Positions 27,264 through 36,708 of a stretch of DNA of 64,000 nt are shown here, piece by piece. Where the stretch lies: contig OY970194.1 of NCBI GenBank assembly GCA_963708075.1, forward strand, positions 4,448,001 to 4,512,000, given 5' to 3'. How positions within the stretch are numbered: position 1 is the first letter of the stretch; the number at the start of each line of letters is the position of its first letter. Made by a program: the position numbers and the translations under genes. Source of the stretch: Sedimentisphaerales bacterium (GTDB lineage: Bacteria; Planctomycetota; Phycisphaerae; Sedimentisphaerales; Anaerobacaceae). The notes beneath the pieces were generated by a model that saw nothing but the letters and a program-made list of their open reading frames with translations, had not been told where the DNA came from and searched no databases.

Positions 27264-29069
27264 GTGCGAGCGAAGATTCTTGGGAGTCCTTCCGCCGAGG
27301 GCAACGCGGGGTTCCTGGTATTCTGTGCCTTCGTCTTGTGGGCGACGCCCCCTGCAATCGCCGATGTGTCATTCGCTGACTACATGCCTGTTACACCAGC
27401 GGAATACGGTGTAAGGACACTGGAGTGGACCTACGGTCGGGCCGGACAATTCACCAGCCAGATCGTGGGTAGCAAGGCGGTTCACTACGGCGACGGCACA
27501 ACCCTGATCGGCACCGAGGTCACTAACTCTGGAGAACCGGGGACAATCGGCCTGGGGTACAACGATGGCGCGGTGGTCAAGATCCTGGGGACTACTGAAT
27601 ACGGCTTCTCCTCGGACAGCGAGCTGACGAGTCATCCGTCTGTATGGTCCTTTGGTTCCGTGGCCGATGGCATGGTGGTGGATCAGCGCCCCTATTACGT
27701 GGTGAAATACGACCGCTCGTATTGGTCCTGTGAGTACGACCAGTTGGTCCTGTTCGACATTCAGGACGTGACGGTATTGGAGGGTTCGTATTCTGACGCG
27801 ATCATCATGTGGACACTGGACAGCCAATACTCATTTGCTGATCTTGACTTGGCAGACAAGAGGCCCGAGCTGCGAATTGCGCCGCCGACGTATCACGACA
27901 CACGGGGCCATTCGGTTACGGGATTCGATATCTTCGGCCTCAACACAGGCCTGATTGCCTCCGGTGACATCGATGCGGAGAGCGGCACACTGGTAGACGT
28001 GGCTGAACTGAAGGCTGTCGTTCGAGAACGCAACTCCTTTGATACAGGGGATCTCGCAGGTACGTGGTCTGTGCATGGCATTGTCGCTGGCAAACCGCCG
28101 ACCCAGCGTCCGGGGTGGTTTCACTGTCAGGTCACCTTTGACGTCAATGGCCGCGCGACATCATCTTCTATCGTCGACAGTGAGGGCAGCCGGGATTTTG
28201 TGCCCGAGCCTGTGACATGGGCCGTCGACAGCGATGGTATAGTCTCTGTTGCCCGAGTTCCGTCTCTTCATGGGGTCATGAATCGGGAACGGGACCGTAT
28301 CGTAGCGGTGGCGACTATGGCGCCGGGAAGTCCGGTCTCTCTCCGAGGGGACAATCTCATCATTATGCAGAAGCAATCGGGTGCGGCCTTTGAGAGTGGC
28401 GATCTGGCGGGCACATGGGCAGAGTGCGTCGTTGAGACAGGAGTCTGGCAGGGCTGGATGTGTGGCGACACGACCATCGATCTCAAGGGAGCGATGGTCG
28501 ATGTGCCTGGCTCATCGCGGGACAGCAGCGGGGACTCACCGGGCCTGGGTGGCGTCACCATGTCGCTCACAAGCGGGGGGATGCTGGGTGTCGAAGGTTA
28601 TCCACTCAATCATGGCACACTCAGTGACAACAAGGACGTGTCTGTCTGCACGTATACGATGGAAGACGCTGCGCACGGGCTGTGCGTAAACCAGAGACGA
28701 TCGGGCTTGCCGTTTGTGAAAGGCGACCTGTCAGGTGTGTGGCGGATCTGCGGGTTGAGCACGCAAGGTGGAACATGGGCCGGTTGGGTTCGTGGGACCT
28801 GGACGGTGAACGCCGACAGCACGTCCAACGGCCTGCTCTACAAGTCGGACGGCGCGACCACTCCCATCGGTGGGACTGTGACCGTCGCCAGCTATGGAGT
28901 CTTCCGCATCGATCCCTTCAACTACACGCATGGTGTCATCGGTTCAGATAGAGACCTGGTCGTTCTTGTAACGACCGATTCAGCCGACGAACATCAGATG
29001 CTCATTGGAACGCGGACAGGCGCTCCTGCGCCCTGTGGCGGCGCATGTCAGGGCCAGGATGACGATTGA
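27264..29069 (+). CDS. secreted hypothetical protein with three internal beta-rich repeats
   Basis: AAGGAGGTG RBS and GTG start; signal-like N-terminus; repeats GDLAGTW, GDLAGTW, GDLSGVW. Confidence 0.75.
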   Translation: MRAKILGSPSAEGNAGFLVFCAFVLWATPPAIADVSFADYMPVTPAEYGVRTLEWTYGRAGQFTSQIVGSKAVHYGDGTTLIGTEVTNSGEPGTIGLGYNDGAVVKILGTTEYGFSSDSELTSHPSVWSFGSVADGMVVDQRPYYVVKYDRSYWSCEYDQLVLFDIQDVTVLEGSYSDAIIMWTLDSQYSFADLDLADKRPELRIAPPTYHDTRGHSVTGFDIFGLNTGLIASGDIDAESGTLVDVAELKAVVRERNSFDTGDLAGTWSVHGIVAGKPPTQRPGWFHCQVTFDVNGRATSSSIVDSEGSRDFVPEPVTWAVDSDGIVSVARVPSLHGVMNRERDRIVAVATMAPGSPVSLRGDNLIIMQKQSGAAFESGDLAGTWAECVVETGVWQGWMCGDTTIDLKGAMVDVPGSSRDSSGDSPGLGGVTMSLTSGGMLGVEGYPLNHGTLSDNKDVSVCTYTMEDAAHGLCVNQRRSGLPFVKGDLSGVWRICGLSTQGGTWAGWVRGTWTVNADSTSNGLLYKSDGATTPIGGTVTVASYGVFRIDPFNYTHGVIGSDRDLVVLVTTDSADEHQMLIGTRTGAPAPCGGACQGQDDD

Positions 29070-29085
29070 TTTCGGGGATAATCTC

Positions 29086-29131
29086 GGGGACGCCATACTC
29101 ATTTCGCCGTCGAATTGAGTATGCTGTCCCC
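29086..29131. repeat. GGGGAC...GTCCCC palindromic element
   Basis: ggggacgccatactca-...-tgagtatgctgtcccc. Confidence 0.6.
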
Positions 29132-29211
29132 CGATGATAAACAATGATGGTCACTAGGTGGCAATACCACATAGTGCTTTGACCACGCCAATCTAGTCAC
29201 TTCGTAGACTC

Positions 29212-29234
29212 GTAGGGTGTGCATCGCACACCTT
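29212..29234 (+). repeat. GTAG-tagged REP half-site
   Basis: gtagggtgtgcatcgcacacctt identical to 2541-2563. Confidence 0.75.
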
Positions 29235-29298
29235 CTCTGCTATACTCAGTCTGAGATCGAAGATGAGTTAAATGCCGGTAGAGTTGCAGGAGTCGTGC

Positions 29299-30618
29299 AT
29301 GATGATCGCCTACAGGTTTCTGAAGCGAGATCGTGGGTTCTTGATGGCCGCAGTTCTGGCAACCGCCTGCTGCCTGGCGGCGGGACGGCTGCCGGCCGCT
29401 GAGATCACCGCCGCGAGTGGCTCCCAGGCGGACGTCCAGGCAGCCATCAACGCGGCCGTGGACGGGGACCTGGTGCTAATCCCGGCAGGGACAGCTATCT
29501 GGACAACCCAGGTCACAGTGGACACGCCAAAAGCCATTGTCATCCAGGGCGCGGGGATCGACAAAACGGTCATCGTCGACAACGTCAGCAAGCAGGGAGG
29601 AAAACCCGCTTCCATTCTCCTGGCAATCAAGCTGGCGCTCGGCAAGAAGTTCAGGCTCACGGGCATGACCTTCCAGGGCATGGCACAGGATACTGAGGTC
29701 TACAACAAGGGAACCGTGTACCTTTCCGGCAACGCCCACGATTTTCGTCTGGATCATCTCAAGTTCGACAAGCCGGGGACATCTGCCGTACGGTACTCCG
29801 GCGCGCTCTGGGGGCTAGTGGATCATTGCTACTTCGATCTCTCCAACTTCAAGCAGGGAAACGTCATTTGGCATGAGACCTGGGGCGGCCACAGCTACGG
29901 CGACGGCAGTTTCGCCGACGACCTCGCTCTGGGCACCGAGAGAGCCATCTACATCGAGGACAGCACGTTCGTCGGGCCCGGCCGGGCCGGGGCAGGCGTC
30001 GTGGACAGTTTTGCCGGGGGACGCTTCGTCTTCCGCTATAACACGGTCACCAACGACAATCTCGGCACCCACGGAACCGAGAGCAGCGGGCGGCTCCGCA
30101 GCGTCAGAAGCTACGAAATCTACAACAACACCTTCACGGCATCGACTCTCGTGTTCTGTGCCATCTACCTGCGCGGCGGCACAGGAGTGATCTTCAACAA
30201 CACCTTCCAGGGCGCCGGCGGCCAGACCGGCTATAACACCGGCATCCTCGCGGCAAACTACAGGAGCAACCGCGCATATGCTCCCTGGGGTCAGGCGACG
30301 GGGACCAACCCCTGGGACGGCAATCAAGATGCCGGCGGGTATCCCTGCCTCGACCAGGTCGGCCGGGGCAAGTGCGACCTGTTGTCCGGCGATCCCCCTG
30401 CGCCCGCGGCATGGCCTCACCAGGCCGCCGAGCCATTGTACCTGTGGAACAATAACTGGAGCCGGATCCCCAACAATCCGGGAAGTCCGGTGGGCAGCCA
30501 AAATGCAGTGATCCAGGCAAGCCGCGACTGGTTCAGCGACACCATGAAGCCGGGCTACAAGCCGTATCCCTATCCCCATCCCCTGCAAGCCTCGACCGCT
30601 GACGACCGCCGCCCATGA
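29299..30618 (+). CDS. secreted pectin-lyase-fold (right-handed beta-helix) protein
   Basis: signal peptide; DVQAAINAAVDGDLVLIPAGT, IQGAGIDKTVI, repeated YNNTF/FNNTF; C-terminal KPGYKPYPYPHPL. Confidence 0.75.
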   Translation: MMIAYRFLKRDRGFLMAAVLATACCLAAGRLPAAEITAASGSQADVQAAINAAVDGDLVLIPAGTAIWTTQVTVDTPKAIVIQGAGIDKTVIVDNVSKQGGKPASILLAIKLALGKKFRLTGMTFQGMAQDTEVYNKGTVYLSGNAHDFRLDHLKFDKPGTSAVRYSGALWGLVDHCYFDLSNFKQGNVIWHETWGGHSYGDGSFADDLALGTERAIYIEDSTFVGPGRAGAGVVDSFAGGRFVFRYNTVTNDNLGTHGTESSGRLRSVRSYEIYNNTFTASTLVFCAIYLRGGTGVIFNNTFQGAGGQTGYNTGILAANYRSNRAYAPWGQATGTNPWDGNQDAGGYPCLDQVGRGKCDLLSGDPPAPAAWPHQAAEPLYLWNNNWSRIPNNPGSPVGSQNAVIQASRDWFSDTMKPGYKPYPYPHPLQASTADDRRP

Positions 30619-30714
30619 CGCCAGTGTCATAAGGCGGGCCCCTGCCCCATGGGCTTCCTTGGCATGGAAGACCGAGCCGAGATCCTCAATCCAAAAGGCC
30701 CTCGACACCTACAT

Positions 30715-30771
30715 CCAAAGCGTGACCCCTTTTCCTCCCTTTTCCTACCCCCAAAGCGTGACCCCTTTTCC
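30715..30771. repeat. 21-bp perfect direct repeat containing TGACCCC
   Basis: ccaaagcgtgaccccttttcc at 30715-30735 and 30751-30771. Confidence 0.85.
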
Positions 30772-30829
30772 CTTTCGAAAGACCCCCCGCCCTCCAACCT
30801 ACCGCCTAAAGCCTGCTCCGGATTTGCCT

Positions 30830-30895
30830 TTGCATTGTCCCCTGCCCGGCCGTAGAATTCCTGGAGTTGAGCGTGCCGGCTTTGGAGGCCGAGAA
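30830..30895 (+). promoter_or_regulatory. promoter plus conserved leader/RBS module, copy 2
   Basis: TTGCAT-17-TAGAAT then ttgagcgtgccggctttggaggccgagaaATG. Confidence 0.65.
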
Positions 30896-31666
30896 ATGAC
30901 TTCGCGAAATGTACCCGACATCCTTGTTGGCGTGGAGCAAGCTATGGCCGATTTAATCATGTATTTTGATGAGAGTTTCATCAAGTCGCTCCCAGACGAA
31001 TGGCCTTTAGCTATAGTTCAGATAGCCGAGAGGTTTAACAGCAGCTTTCGTGCTGCGCTTGATGCGAACAAGCATCTCCTTGCGCAAGAATTGCTGCTCC
31101 TCCTGAAAGTCTATTGCCGGAAGAAGAACCTTCAACGCCCTATTCCGCGCATCGCAGGGCGACCTGATGTGGATATCAGTACTGCCCAGAACATTATAGG
31201 GAAGTTGGCGGCTGAGGCGAGAGGAATACTTGAGCATCGCAAGGAAGAACTCAGACTGAGTAACTGCGAGAGCGCCTTCGCGATAGCACTTGGCGGGGAG
31301 TTCTACTATGAATTCTCCGAGGGAGATCTTAGACGGATCCAAGTACTCGTCAATGAACTTAGAGATCTCATCAGCGGATCAGAAGAATTGCAGGCCAGTC
31401 ATAAACGACGCATCCTCAGCAGGCTTGAGAAACTCCAGAGCGAATTGCACAAGACAGTCTCCGATGTTGACCGGATCTATGGCTCACTAATCGAATTGAG
31501 TATCACTGCAGGGATTATAGGCGAAAATCTCAAACCTATTACGGAGAGGATTCGTGAAATCATCGGTATCGTGTGGCCTGTGCAGACGCGTGCTTTCGAT
31601 CTGCCAAGCAACATGCCGTTCAGACTTCCGGGTCAGAGCGAGCAGGATGAGTCCGTCAAACCTTAA
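30896..31666 (+). CDS. hypothetical helical protein, lower GC than flanks
   Basis: open 256-codon frame with foreign codon usage; YEFSEGDLRRIQVLVNELR...HKRRILSRLEKLQSELHK; alternative start 30944. Confidence 0.75.
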   Translation: MTSRNVPDILVGVEQAMADLIMYFDESFIKSLPDEWPLAIVQIAERFNSSFRAALDANKHLLAQELLLLLKVYCRKKNLQRPIPRIAGRPDVDISTAQNIIGKLAAEARGILEHRKEELRLSNCESAFAIALGGEFYYEFSEGDLRRIQVLVNELRDLISGSEELQASHKRRILSRLEKLQSELHKTVSDVDRIYGSLIELSITAGIIGENLKPITERIREIIGIVWPVQTRAFDLPSNMPFRLPGQSEQDESVKP

Positions 31667-31742
31667 AGTGAGGGACGGGATGAGGGGATGAGGGTCAACT
31701 CTTGACAGTTGACGCGAAGTCGCGGATGGAGAATTCCGAAAA

Positions 31743-31834
31743 TTCCGCGTGACGGCTTTGGAGGCCGAGAGATGACTGTGGAGAATGCTGGACGCCTTGA
31801 GTTCCCTCGCAGGGAAACACGATGGATGCAATAG
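31743..31834 (+). pseudogene. leader/RBS module copy 3 followed by a 20-codon ORF (probable gene remnant)
   Basis: ttccgcgtgacggctttggaggccgagagATG; MTVENAGRLEFPRRETRWMQ*. Confidence 0.4.
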
Positions 31835-32030
31835 AAAGGTCTCTCATCAAAGAATTGTAAGACGGACGGGGGTCACACCTACACATTTCACATTCAGGGG
31901 GGAGACAGGGCCTGTTCTCAAAATAACAATTAACGGGTCGCGAGCTTCGTGCCCGAATGATCAAGTCGACGGCGCGGGACCGGGTTTCAATTGTGACGCC
32001 GGTCGGGGATTTGTCCTTCCGCGCTCTTGT

Positions 32031-32062
32031 CGACAACTGGCAACCGACTACCGGCTACTGGC
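32031..32062. repeat. heptamer array (YGRCWAC)n overlapping the HNH gene stop
   Basis: cgacaac tggcaac cgactac cggctac tggc. Confidence 0.75.
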
Positions 32063-32858
32063 CTTCGTCCTGCGGGGCTTCGGGCGGGAAGTTCAGCCAG
32101 GCGCGCTGGCCGTATTGTTTTATCGCTTCGCGGTCGCGAACCTTGGCGGCCTCCACCTCGTCGTCGAAGCGGCCGAGGTACCGGCGTGCGATAAACGCCT
32201 GCCACTTGTTCCCGCAGGGAGAGACACCAATGAACCGTGACTTGGTGCCCGCACGTTTGCGTCGATTCTGCGCATTCACGGCCGGGGGGACGATGCGCAG
32301 ATTGCAGTGGCGGTTGTCCAAACCGTTGCCGTTGATGTGGTCCACGACCATGCCTTGGGGCGGGCGCATAATCATGCGATGCATGAGTTGGCTGCCGCGC
32401 CCCACATTCCGTGCCGCATAGATCGTGCCACTTCCGTTCGTGCGATTCGCGTGCCACTTGTACTGGCTGAGCCATTCGTAGTCTTCGGCGTCGACGATGG
32501 CGTGCAGGCCGCGGGTCAGGGGGATGTAGCGAATGCTGTCGTTGGGCGGCTGGGGCGGCTCGACGCGGTAGGGCTTAGCCCGGAAGTTGCGGCATGGCGT
32601 GAGCGGGATTCGACGCATTTGGCCGGGCGCGTCCGGCTGATTCGCGCACTGGCCCAGCATCGGGAAGCCCGACAGGAGCGTCTGCGCCCAGAGGACCACG
32701 CTGGAGACGCAGAAGATGCAGTCGAAACAGGTCCGACGGAGTCTGTTGTCCGGGGCTCCCGCGGGCGGCTCGGTCGCGACCGGCTCCCGGACGACCCGTG
32801 CCCGTCTCACATTGTGTCTCTTGCCCGCTCTCGCCGTTCGCCTTGTTCGCTTCTCCAT
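32055..32858 (-). CDS. HNH endonuclease-AP2 domain protein with N-terminal Cys cluster
   Basis: MHRMIM, VVDHINGNGLDNRHCNLR (HNH), SRFIGV..KWQA..YLGRFDDEVEAAKVRD...LNF (AP2); N-terminal CFDCIFC...C...C; GGAGG RBS. Confidence 0.9.
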   Translation of the reverse strand: MEKRTRRTARAGKRHNVRRARVVREPVATEPPAGAPDNRLRRTCFDCIFCVSSVVLWAQTLLSGFPMLGQCANQPDAPGQMRRIPLTPCRNFRAKPYRVEPPQPPNDSIRYIPLTRGLHAIVDAEDYEWLSQYKWHANRTNGSGTIYAARNVGRGSQLMHRMIMRPPQGMVVDHINGNGLDNRHCNLRIVPPAVNAQNRRKRAGTKSRFIGVSPCGNKWQAFIARRYLGRFDDEVEAAKVRDREAIKQYGQRAWLNFPPEAPQDEGQ

Positions 32859-33057
32859 GTTGCCTCCGAATTCTCGCCGATCATCTGTCAGGTTCGCGTC
32901 TCGCACATTCGAAGCACGAAATCTGAATGCCCCGGACTCACCGGTCGGCCGCACACCGCGGCCAAGACACTGATTCTGTGATGTTCATAGGATTGTAAAC
33001 ACAGTTCCGTGTTGGATCAAGGGAAATATGTTGGAATAGCCATATTGCGAAGTAATC

Positions 33058-33085
33058 GCAACTCCTTGCCCCGCAAGGAGTAAGG
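33058..33085. other. 28-bp pseudo-palindrome resembling a tyrosine-recombinase site
   Basis: gcaactcctt-gccccgc-aaggagtaagg; related copy at 23199-23226. Confidence 0.35.
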
Positions 33086-33169
33086 GACCGACCGCGAAGC
33101 AATGTCCTGCGAAATCAGAAGAAAACGGTGGGCGGAGCCCACTCGACTGGTCCGACTACGCGAAGTGTT

Positions 33170-33263
33170 GGGTGGCAGCGGCAAGCGCCAGCTTGCCGAT
33201 GGCTCATGTCTCCGCATAGACACCATCGGCAAGCTCCGGAGACTCCGCTTGCCGCTGCCACCC
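33170..33263. repeat. palindromic miniature element, family A copy
   Basis: 94 bp, near identical to 15970-16063. Confidence 0.9.
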
Positions 33264-33296
33264 GGCACTCACCAAATTATCGAAGATTGAATAGTC

Positions 33297-33360
33297 ATAT
33301 GAAATGGCCATGAGTGGCCGGAGTTTGTTTTTCCCTCCTAAGTTGTGGGCCATTTCATAT
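33297..33360. repeat. 64-bp AT-rich element with perfect 13-bp terminal IRs
   Basis: atatgaaatggcc ... ggccatttcatat. Confidence 0.65.
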
Positions 33361-33513
33361 ATCCATTCACAGATCAATAGCATAGCCAGCGTACTTCCGG
33401 CTGTCGCCGAAGCCGTGCGGATTGACGGCGGCAAAAGCGAGGTCGGGGAGGGCACAGGGACTATAAAGGCTTTGGGGACGCGAGGAGACGCTCGTCCTAC
33501 GGCTTTCGAGTGC

Positions 33514-33541
33514 CGACAACCGGCTACTGGCTACCGACTAC
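33514..33541. repeat. heptamer array, same family and orientation as 32031-32062
   Basis: cgacaac cggctac tggctac cgactac. Confidence 0.75.
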
Positions 33542-33551
33542 TTACCGTCCC

Positions 33552-35558
33552 TCAGTCAACTCTCTCGCAGATGATGTTTGTCAGGTCCAGGCCCTGGCCC
33601 TGGGACTTCTCGTTGTGGCCGATGATCTTGAACAGCAGGTGGTTGGGGCCCTCGGCGAGCGCCAGCGTGCCCATGTCCTGTCCCGGGGCACGCTCTCTCT
33701 TCTCGGCGTAGAGGTCCACCACCGGCCCTACCGGCGCCTCATCCTTGAACCACTGGACCTGTCCCTGCGCCGGGCCTTTGATCGCGTCCAGGCTCACTCT
33801 GTAGGCGCCGGCGGCGGGAAGCTCGCATGTGAAGCTGATGAAATGATTCCCGAATACGTCGCCGTCGCGGCTTTGCAGCGAGAGGAATGGGACCTCCTGG
33901 TCGTTGAGTTTCTCCCTTCCCTTGGTCAGCGTCGCATCCCGGTACGAAAAGGCCGGGATCGGGACATTCCACCATGTGGCGAAGACAATCCGCTTGAGAT
34001 CGACGACCTTCCGCTGCTCTGCCGGGGGCAGGGAGAAATCGCAGGTCGGCCGGTCCTGTGAGTACAGGAATGTCAGGCCGCAGTAGTCGTTCAGGAGATC
34101 GTTGCCTGTGGGGGCGTGCTCGATCGTCTGGAGGATGCTCTTGCGATAAGCATAGGCGTCGCCGAGAAGGAGCCGGTAGCCTCCCGTTCTGCCCAGGTGC
34201 TTCTGGTAGCCCAGACAGGCGCTCAGGGGCAACGACCTTCGCGATTCCCACCGGCCGGCCACGTCATACCACCCGCCGTTGTAGAAATCCTCGGAGCCGG
34301 TGCCGTGGATGACAAGCTCGCCGTCAATCGTTGTTTGATCGTCCCCTTCGAAGAAGTAGGTATTGCCCGATTCGAGTCCCTGCGATTGCTGGAAGAAACC
34401 CACCAGGTGTCCACGTCCGCCGGTCTCGATGAACGTGAAGGGCTTGCCCTTGGTCGTCGGATTCTCGCGGCGCCACAAGGCGTAGAATTTGCCCTCATTC
34501 TCTTTGCGTGCGACCGGCACGAACAGCACTTCGGCTTGCACGGAGACGCTTCGATCCAGGCCCGGCTCGGCATACAACTCGATCCGCGCCGATTTGTCGA
34601 ACGGCATGGGGAAGTAGCAGTAGTTCACGCCCCGGGCGGTGCCGACCAGGAGGGACTCGGTTGCGGATTCGCCCCAGGCATAGCCGAAGAAGTCACCCGC
34701 CGGACTTGCAATCGCCGGGTCCGTGTCCCCGTCCCAGAAGGCCCGCAGGACTACGTCACGCTGTTTGCCGGCTAGTGCATCCGCCGGCGACAGACGCATT
34801 CCCACAATCCTGCCGGGGCGATCCACGTTGAAGAGGGGCGATGCTTTCCCGGGCTCCAGGGTTACCTTGATGGCGACACGCTCGATTGTGCCGCCCTCGG
34901 GAACGACGTAGGCGCTGATGTCCCCGCCGGCCGACTCGAACAGCTTCCGGGCCTTCTCGATGTAGCGGCGCTGCTCGGCGCTCGGGTCGGCGGAGAAGCT
35001 CTTGATTCCCGCTCCCTGCGGATACGTTGCGTAGTTCAACTGATAGAATTGCATCCGCTCGGCTCTGATGAGCACCTTGCACGACTTCTCATAGGGGATG
35101 GGCACATAACTGTAGAACCCCCCGACCCCGAATCCAACCAAGGGTCGCTCGAAGCCCGGGTGCTTGCCCATGAAGAGGTCACGGAATTTCAACTGGATCG
35201 TCGGCTTCTCCTGCCCATCGAGGTAGAATTCCAGCATGTCATCGGTCGGCGTGGGCGTCCAGAGCCGGTAGATGACCCCGGGACCCTCCAAGTCCGCAAG
35301 CACGAGCCCATCCTTCTCTTTGCGAACGAAGGAGTACTGTCCCCCGAACCCGTCGTTGTTTCCGCCGGTTCGGTCGTAGCTGGACACGGAGGCAACCTTG
35401 ATGGACTCCTTGAACACCGGCAGGCGATCAAGGCGATACAGTTCCTGAATCCCAGGGACCCATTCCTCCCCGGCGAGAAGCTCGGCACAGGTCACAGACA
35501 GCGCCAGGATTCCAACAACTGCGAAACGAACCGGACATAACGGCCAATGTATTCTCAC
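33552..35558 (-). CDS. DUF2961 / GH172-like glycoside hydrolase with C-terminal beta-sandwich
   Basis: SSYDRTGGNNDG, GPGVIYRLW, YFPMPF, FEGDD, GTGSEDFYNGGWY; signal peptide. Confidence 0.85.
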   Translation of the reverse strand: MRIHWPLCPVRFAVVGILALSVTCAELLAGEEWVPGIQELYRLDRLPVFKESIKVASVSSYDRTGGNNDGFGGQYSFVRKEKDGLVLADLEGPGVIYRLWTPTPTDDMLEFYLDGQEKPTIQLKFRDLFMGKHPGFERPLVGFGVGGFYSYVPIPYEKSCKVLIRAERMQFYQLNYATYPQGAGIKSFSADPSAEQRRYIEKARKLFESAGGDISAYVVPEGGTIERVAIKVTLEPGKASPLFNVDRPGRIVGMRLSPADALAGKQRDVVLRAFWDGDTDPAIASPAGDFFGYAWGESATESLLVGTARGVNYCYFPMPFDKSARIELYAEPGLDRSVSVQAEVLFVPVARKENEGKFYALWRRENPTTKGKPFTFIETGGRGHLVGFFQQSQGLESGNTYFFEGDDQTTIDGELVIHGTGSEDFYNGGWYDVAGRWESRRSLPLSACLGYQKHLGRTGGYRLLLGDAYAYRKSILQTIEHAPTGNDLLNDYCGLTFLYSQDRPTCDFSLPPAEQRKVVDLKRIVFATWWNVPIPAFSYRDATLTKGREKLNDQEVPFLSLQSRDGDVFGNHFISFTCELPAAGAYRVSLDAIKGPAQGQVQWFKDEAPVGPVVDLYAEKRERAPGQDMGTLALAEGPNHLLFKIIGHNEKSQGQGLDLTNIICERVD

Positions 35559-35765
35559 TTTTTACCCCCTTCTGCGCAAGTCACTGCTTTCGCTGCTTCT
35601 TAGTCACGACAAAATCCCGGGCCTCACAGACTCCATTGCAGCACGGCGATTCTAACGCCGGCTGATCCTCCCGGCAACCGTATCCACAAGCAACCGCGAC
35701 GCGACCTGATTTCCTCCGCCGTCCCGTCTATCCGAGGTGTATAACAGGAAAGTGGTAATCGGAAC

Positions 35766-35862
35766 GGGTGGCAGCGGCAAGCGCACAGGCTGTGTCAGCA
35801 GTCCGAGCAGCCTGGGAGCTTGCCGATGGTTTGTCCATCCGCGACCAACAAAGCCTTTGGCC
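35766..35862. repeat. degenerate family A copy with an extra hairpin inserted in its left arm
   Basis: gggtggcagcggcaagcgc [acaggctg...cagcctggg] agcttgccgatgg. Confidence 0.7.
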
Positions 35863-35865
35863 GGC

Positions 35866-36708
35866 TCAGAGTCTCAGCTCCAGTGCCGTGCGGAGTTTGA
35901 GATCTTGTGTCAGGCCGTCGAGGTCGGGAAAGACGCTGGCCGGGCTGATGCCGAGGTCGAACAGCGTTGCGATGATGGGTTTGATCGCGGCGGGCTTGAT
36001 CGCGTACTTCAGCAGCGAGGTCTCACCGAAGGAGGGCTGGGTGGCCGCGATGGTCTCGAAGTCCTCCGGACGTTGGCCGTGGACTGTAAAGCAGCCTCGC
36101 TGGCTCGCCACGCGGGGATGAACGAACGAGGGCTGCACGGCCACCGGGTATTGCGTCGGCCGATTGTAGAATACCTCCTTCGTGTGCGGGTCGATCTGCG
36201 GGTCCTTGCCCGCCGTGCCGAATGCGATTTTGAAGTTCTCCAGCACCGGGCCCTGCGTCCACGTGTTTGGGAAGACGGATGTGTCGGGGAAGGTAAGATG
36301 ATTCAGGGCGATTGGGTTGAGCACCCAGACCCCTGCACTCGTCTGAATTTCCCTGGCCGGCATGAAGAAGTACGCCTCGACCGCGAAGTACAGGGCGATC
36401 AGGGGTGACTCGGTCCAGTCCAGCAGCCGGGTGGGTAGACCGAAATACTGCATCAGGAACAGCCACTGGTCCAGCCGCTCCGTCGCAGGCGTGTTCCCGA
36501 ACGCCGGCGCCCGCAGCCGGAACGTCGCCGAAAGCGTCGCCTCTCGCTCGTAGTAGCCCCGGCGAAAGATAGACGGGATGGGCAACTGCGCCGCATCCCG
36601 CTGGCCGCGAAACCACGGCGTCGAAAAATTCTCCCGAAACCAACCCGACGTATGCTGCTGCACATCCGCGAGAAACTCGCCAACCGACCGGATCTCCTTG
36701 CTCTCCAT
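35866..36708 (-). CDS. FRG domain protein
   Basis: WFRGQ, MQYFGLPTRLLDWTESPLIALYFAV, RVASQRGCFT, VFPDLDGL; GGAGG RBS. Confidence 0.9.
   Translation of the reverse strand: MESKEIRSVGEFLADVQQHTSGWFRENFSTPWFRGQRDAAQLPIPSIFRRGYYEREATLSATFRLRAPAFGNTPATERLDQWLFLMQYFGLPTRLLDWTESPLIALYFAVEAYFFMPAREIQTSAGVWVLNPIALNHLTFPDTSVFPNTWTQGPVLENFKIAFGTAGKDPQIDPHTKEVFYNRPTQYPVAVQPSFVHPRVASQRGCFTVHGQRPEDFETIAATQPSFGETSLLKYAIKPAAIKPIIATLFDLGISPASVFPDLDGLTQDLKLRTALELRL

Noticed and set aside
15096..32858. Prophage suggested by ORF6N and HNH-AP2 genes
   Set aside because: They are isolated singletons among housekeeping genes; no structural, terminase or integrase genes
33017..33268. Small ORFs containing GGSGKR...LPLPP or WQRQA peptides
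   Set aside because: They are translations of intergenic family A repeats with no RBS or other gene evidence
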